Shown piece by piece: positions 62,105-63,160 of a stretch of DNA of 63,160 nt. This DNA is from a virus (lineage: Duplodnaviria > Caudoviricetes): IMG/VR virus record IMGVR_UViG_3300042934_000776, positions 1 through 63,160 of that record. One strand, written 5' to 3'. The number at the start of each line of letters is the position of its first letter. Within the stretch, counting starts at the first letter, position 1. Below the pieces are notes generated by a model. The model saw nothing but the letters and a program-made list of their open reading frames with translations, did no database searches and had not been told where the DNA came from. A program made the translations under genes and the position numbers.

Positions 62105-63160
62105 ATGAAGAAACTCATCAGCGGCGGGGTCGCCTCGCTGCTCGTTGCCGGCGGGCTCGTGCTCGCCAGCGCCAGCGGCGCGAGCGCGCATACGCCCAGC
62201 GTCATCGCGGAGTGTGACCACCTTCTGGTCACCGCCGAGAACTACCAGACGAAGCCGGGCGCGGATGCCGTGACCGAGCAGCGTCTCGTCAGCGAGGCGG
62301 TGCCCTACCAGCCCGCCGTGTATGGCGAGCCGCCGCTCATCACCCCCGCGGTGGAGTACCAGCCGGCGGTCTACGAGACGGAGTACGAGTTCCGTCACAA
62401 GATCCTCGTCTGGAAGACGAAGTGGTCGACAGACCCGAACTGGAACGCCGAGGAGAATGACCACTCGCTGGGCTGGTACGCCACCGGCGAGACCCGCCAG
62501 GGTGCGCTCATCTCCGCCGAGGTCCCGGCGCAGGACGCGGTCTACGGTCCCGCCCCGCTGATCACCCCGGAGGTCCCGGCACAGGATGCGGTGTACGAGA
62601 CGGTCGAGGTGACGCCGGCGATCCCCGCTGACGACACACCGAACACCGTCGAGGTCATCATCGACGGCACCTCGCTGGGGGTCGCCGAGTTCGGCACCTC
62701 GGGTGAGTGGTTCGTGCCGCTGGCTGGGACCGGCCACACCTACACGGTGATCTTCACCGCGTGGAACGACCCGGAGGGCCAGCACGGCTGGACGAAGACG
62801 ATCGAGGGCGTGACCGAGCACTGTGCCGGACCGCAGCCCGAGGATGAGGTCGTCGTCGGCGAGTGGGTGACCGGCTCGTACGAGTGCGGCGACACCACCG
62901 TCACCGAGACCCGCGTGACCACGACCACCACCTACGTGCTGGTCGACGGTGAGTGGGTGGGCGACACGACTCAGACCGAGGAGACGCGCGAGCGTGACCT
63001 CACGGCCGAGGAGATCGCGGCGCTCGAGTGCCCGGTGCCCCCGGTCGACGAGGAGCCGACGCCTGAGCCGACCGAGACGCCGGCGCCCGTGGTTCCCGCC
63101 GCGGCCACACCGGAGGCGCTCGCCGTCACCGGTGGCCCGGACCTGAGCGCCGTCGGCATC
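62105..63160 (+). CDS. Secreted sortase-anchored surface protein, N-terminal part (376 aa in total with 179..253)
   Basis: Signal peptide MKKLISGGVASLLVAGGLVLASASGASA; PAVY/PAQDAVY repeats; open to the window end; not in ORF track. Confidence 0.85.
   Translation, partial: MKKLISGGVASLLVAGGLVLASASGASAHTPSVIAECDHLLVTAENYQTKPGADAVTEQRLVSEAVPYQPAVYGEPPLITPAVEYQPAVYETEYEFRHKILVWKTKWSTDPNWNAEENDHSLGWYATGETRQGALISAEVPAQDAVYGPAPLITPEVPAQDAVYETVEVTPAIPADDTPNTVEVIIDGTSLGVAEFGTSGEWFVPLAGTGHTYTVIFTAWNDPEGQHGWTKTIEGVTEHCAGPQPEDEVVVGEWVTGSYECGDTTVTETRVTTTTTYVLVDGEWVGDTTQTEETRERDLTAEEIAALECPVPPVDEEPTPEPTETPAPVVPAAATPEALAVTGGPDLSAVGI
62983..63160. repeat. Terminal direct repeat, copy 2
   Basis: Matches 1-178 with 2 mismatches. 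Confidence 0.95.

Noticed and set aside
62983-63160. Terminal repeat as a true phage DTR
   Set aside because: It falls mid-gene, far from the non-coding control region; an assembly overlap is more likely

Overview
This window looks like a complete, circularly assembled genome (about 63.0 kb) of a high-GC tailed dsDNA phage with siphovirus-type genes. The host is probably an actinobacterium, most likely Microbacteriaceae, inferred from gene content. Bases 1-178 repeat at 62983-63160, in the middle of a gene. Two arms diverge from a control region at about 37.3-38.5 kb. The minus-strand arm (37.3 to 3.6 kb) carries small genes, terminases, portal, protease, two capsid proteins, the tail module and lysis genes. 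The plus-strand arm (38.5 kb to the end, continuing through 1-3.5 kb) carries about 35 small early genes, a primase-helicase, SSB, RuvC, Rad52/Sak, a Cas4-like nuclease, an HNH protein and an accessory cluster. I found no integrase, DNA polymerase, tRNA or CRISPR array. Main observations: (1) twelve copies of a 17-bp palindrome GATTCAC-CNN-GTGAATC, confined to the plus-strand arm, five of them inside CDSs; (2) a hidden -1 frameshift that would add an (FGHG)x3 peptide to the major tail protein, directly upstream of two inserted fibre/glycanase genes; (3) a phage-encoded secreted protein with a LAxTG sortase signal, split by the contig ends; (4) a 52-aa ribbon-helix-helix gene missed by the ORF track, with a CGTATAACG box that recurs at four other regulatory positions; (5) a stand-alone Spo11/Topo VI-A-like protein within an NDT/MazG/Acb1-like cluster; (6) two candidate replication-origin repeat structures. 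All functional calls come from motif recognition by eye; no database searches were run.
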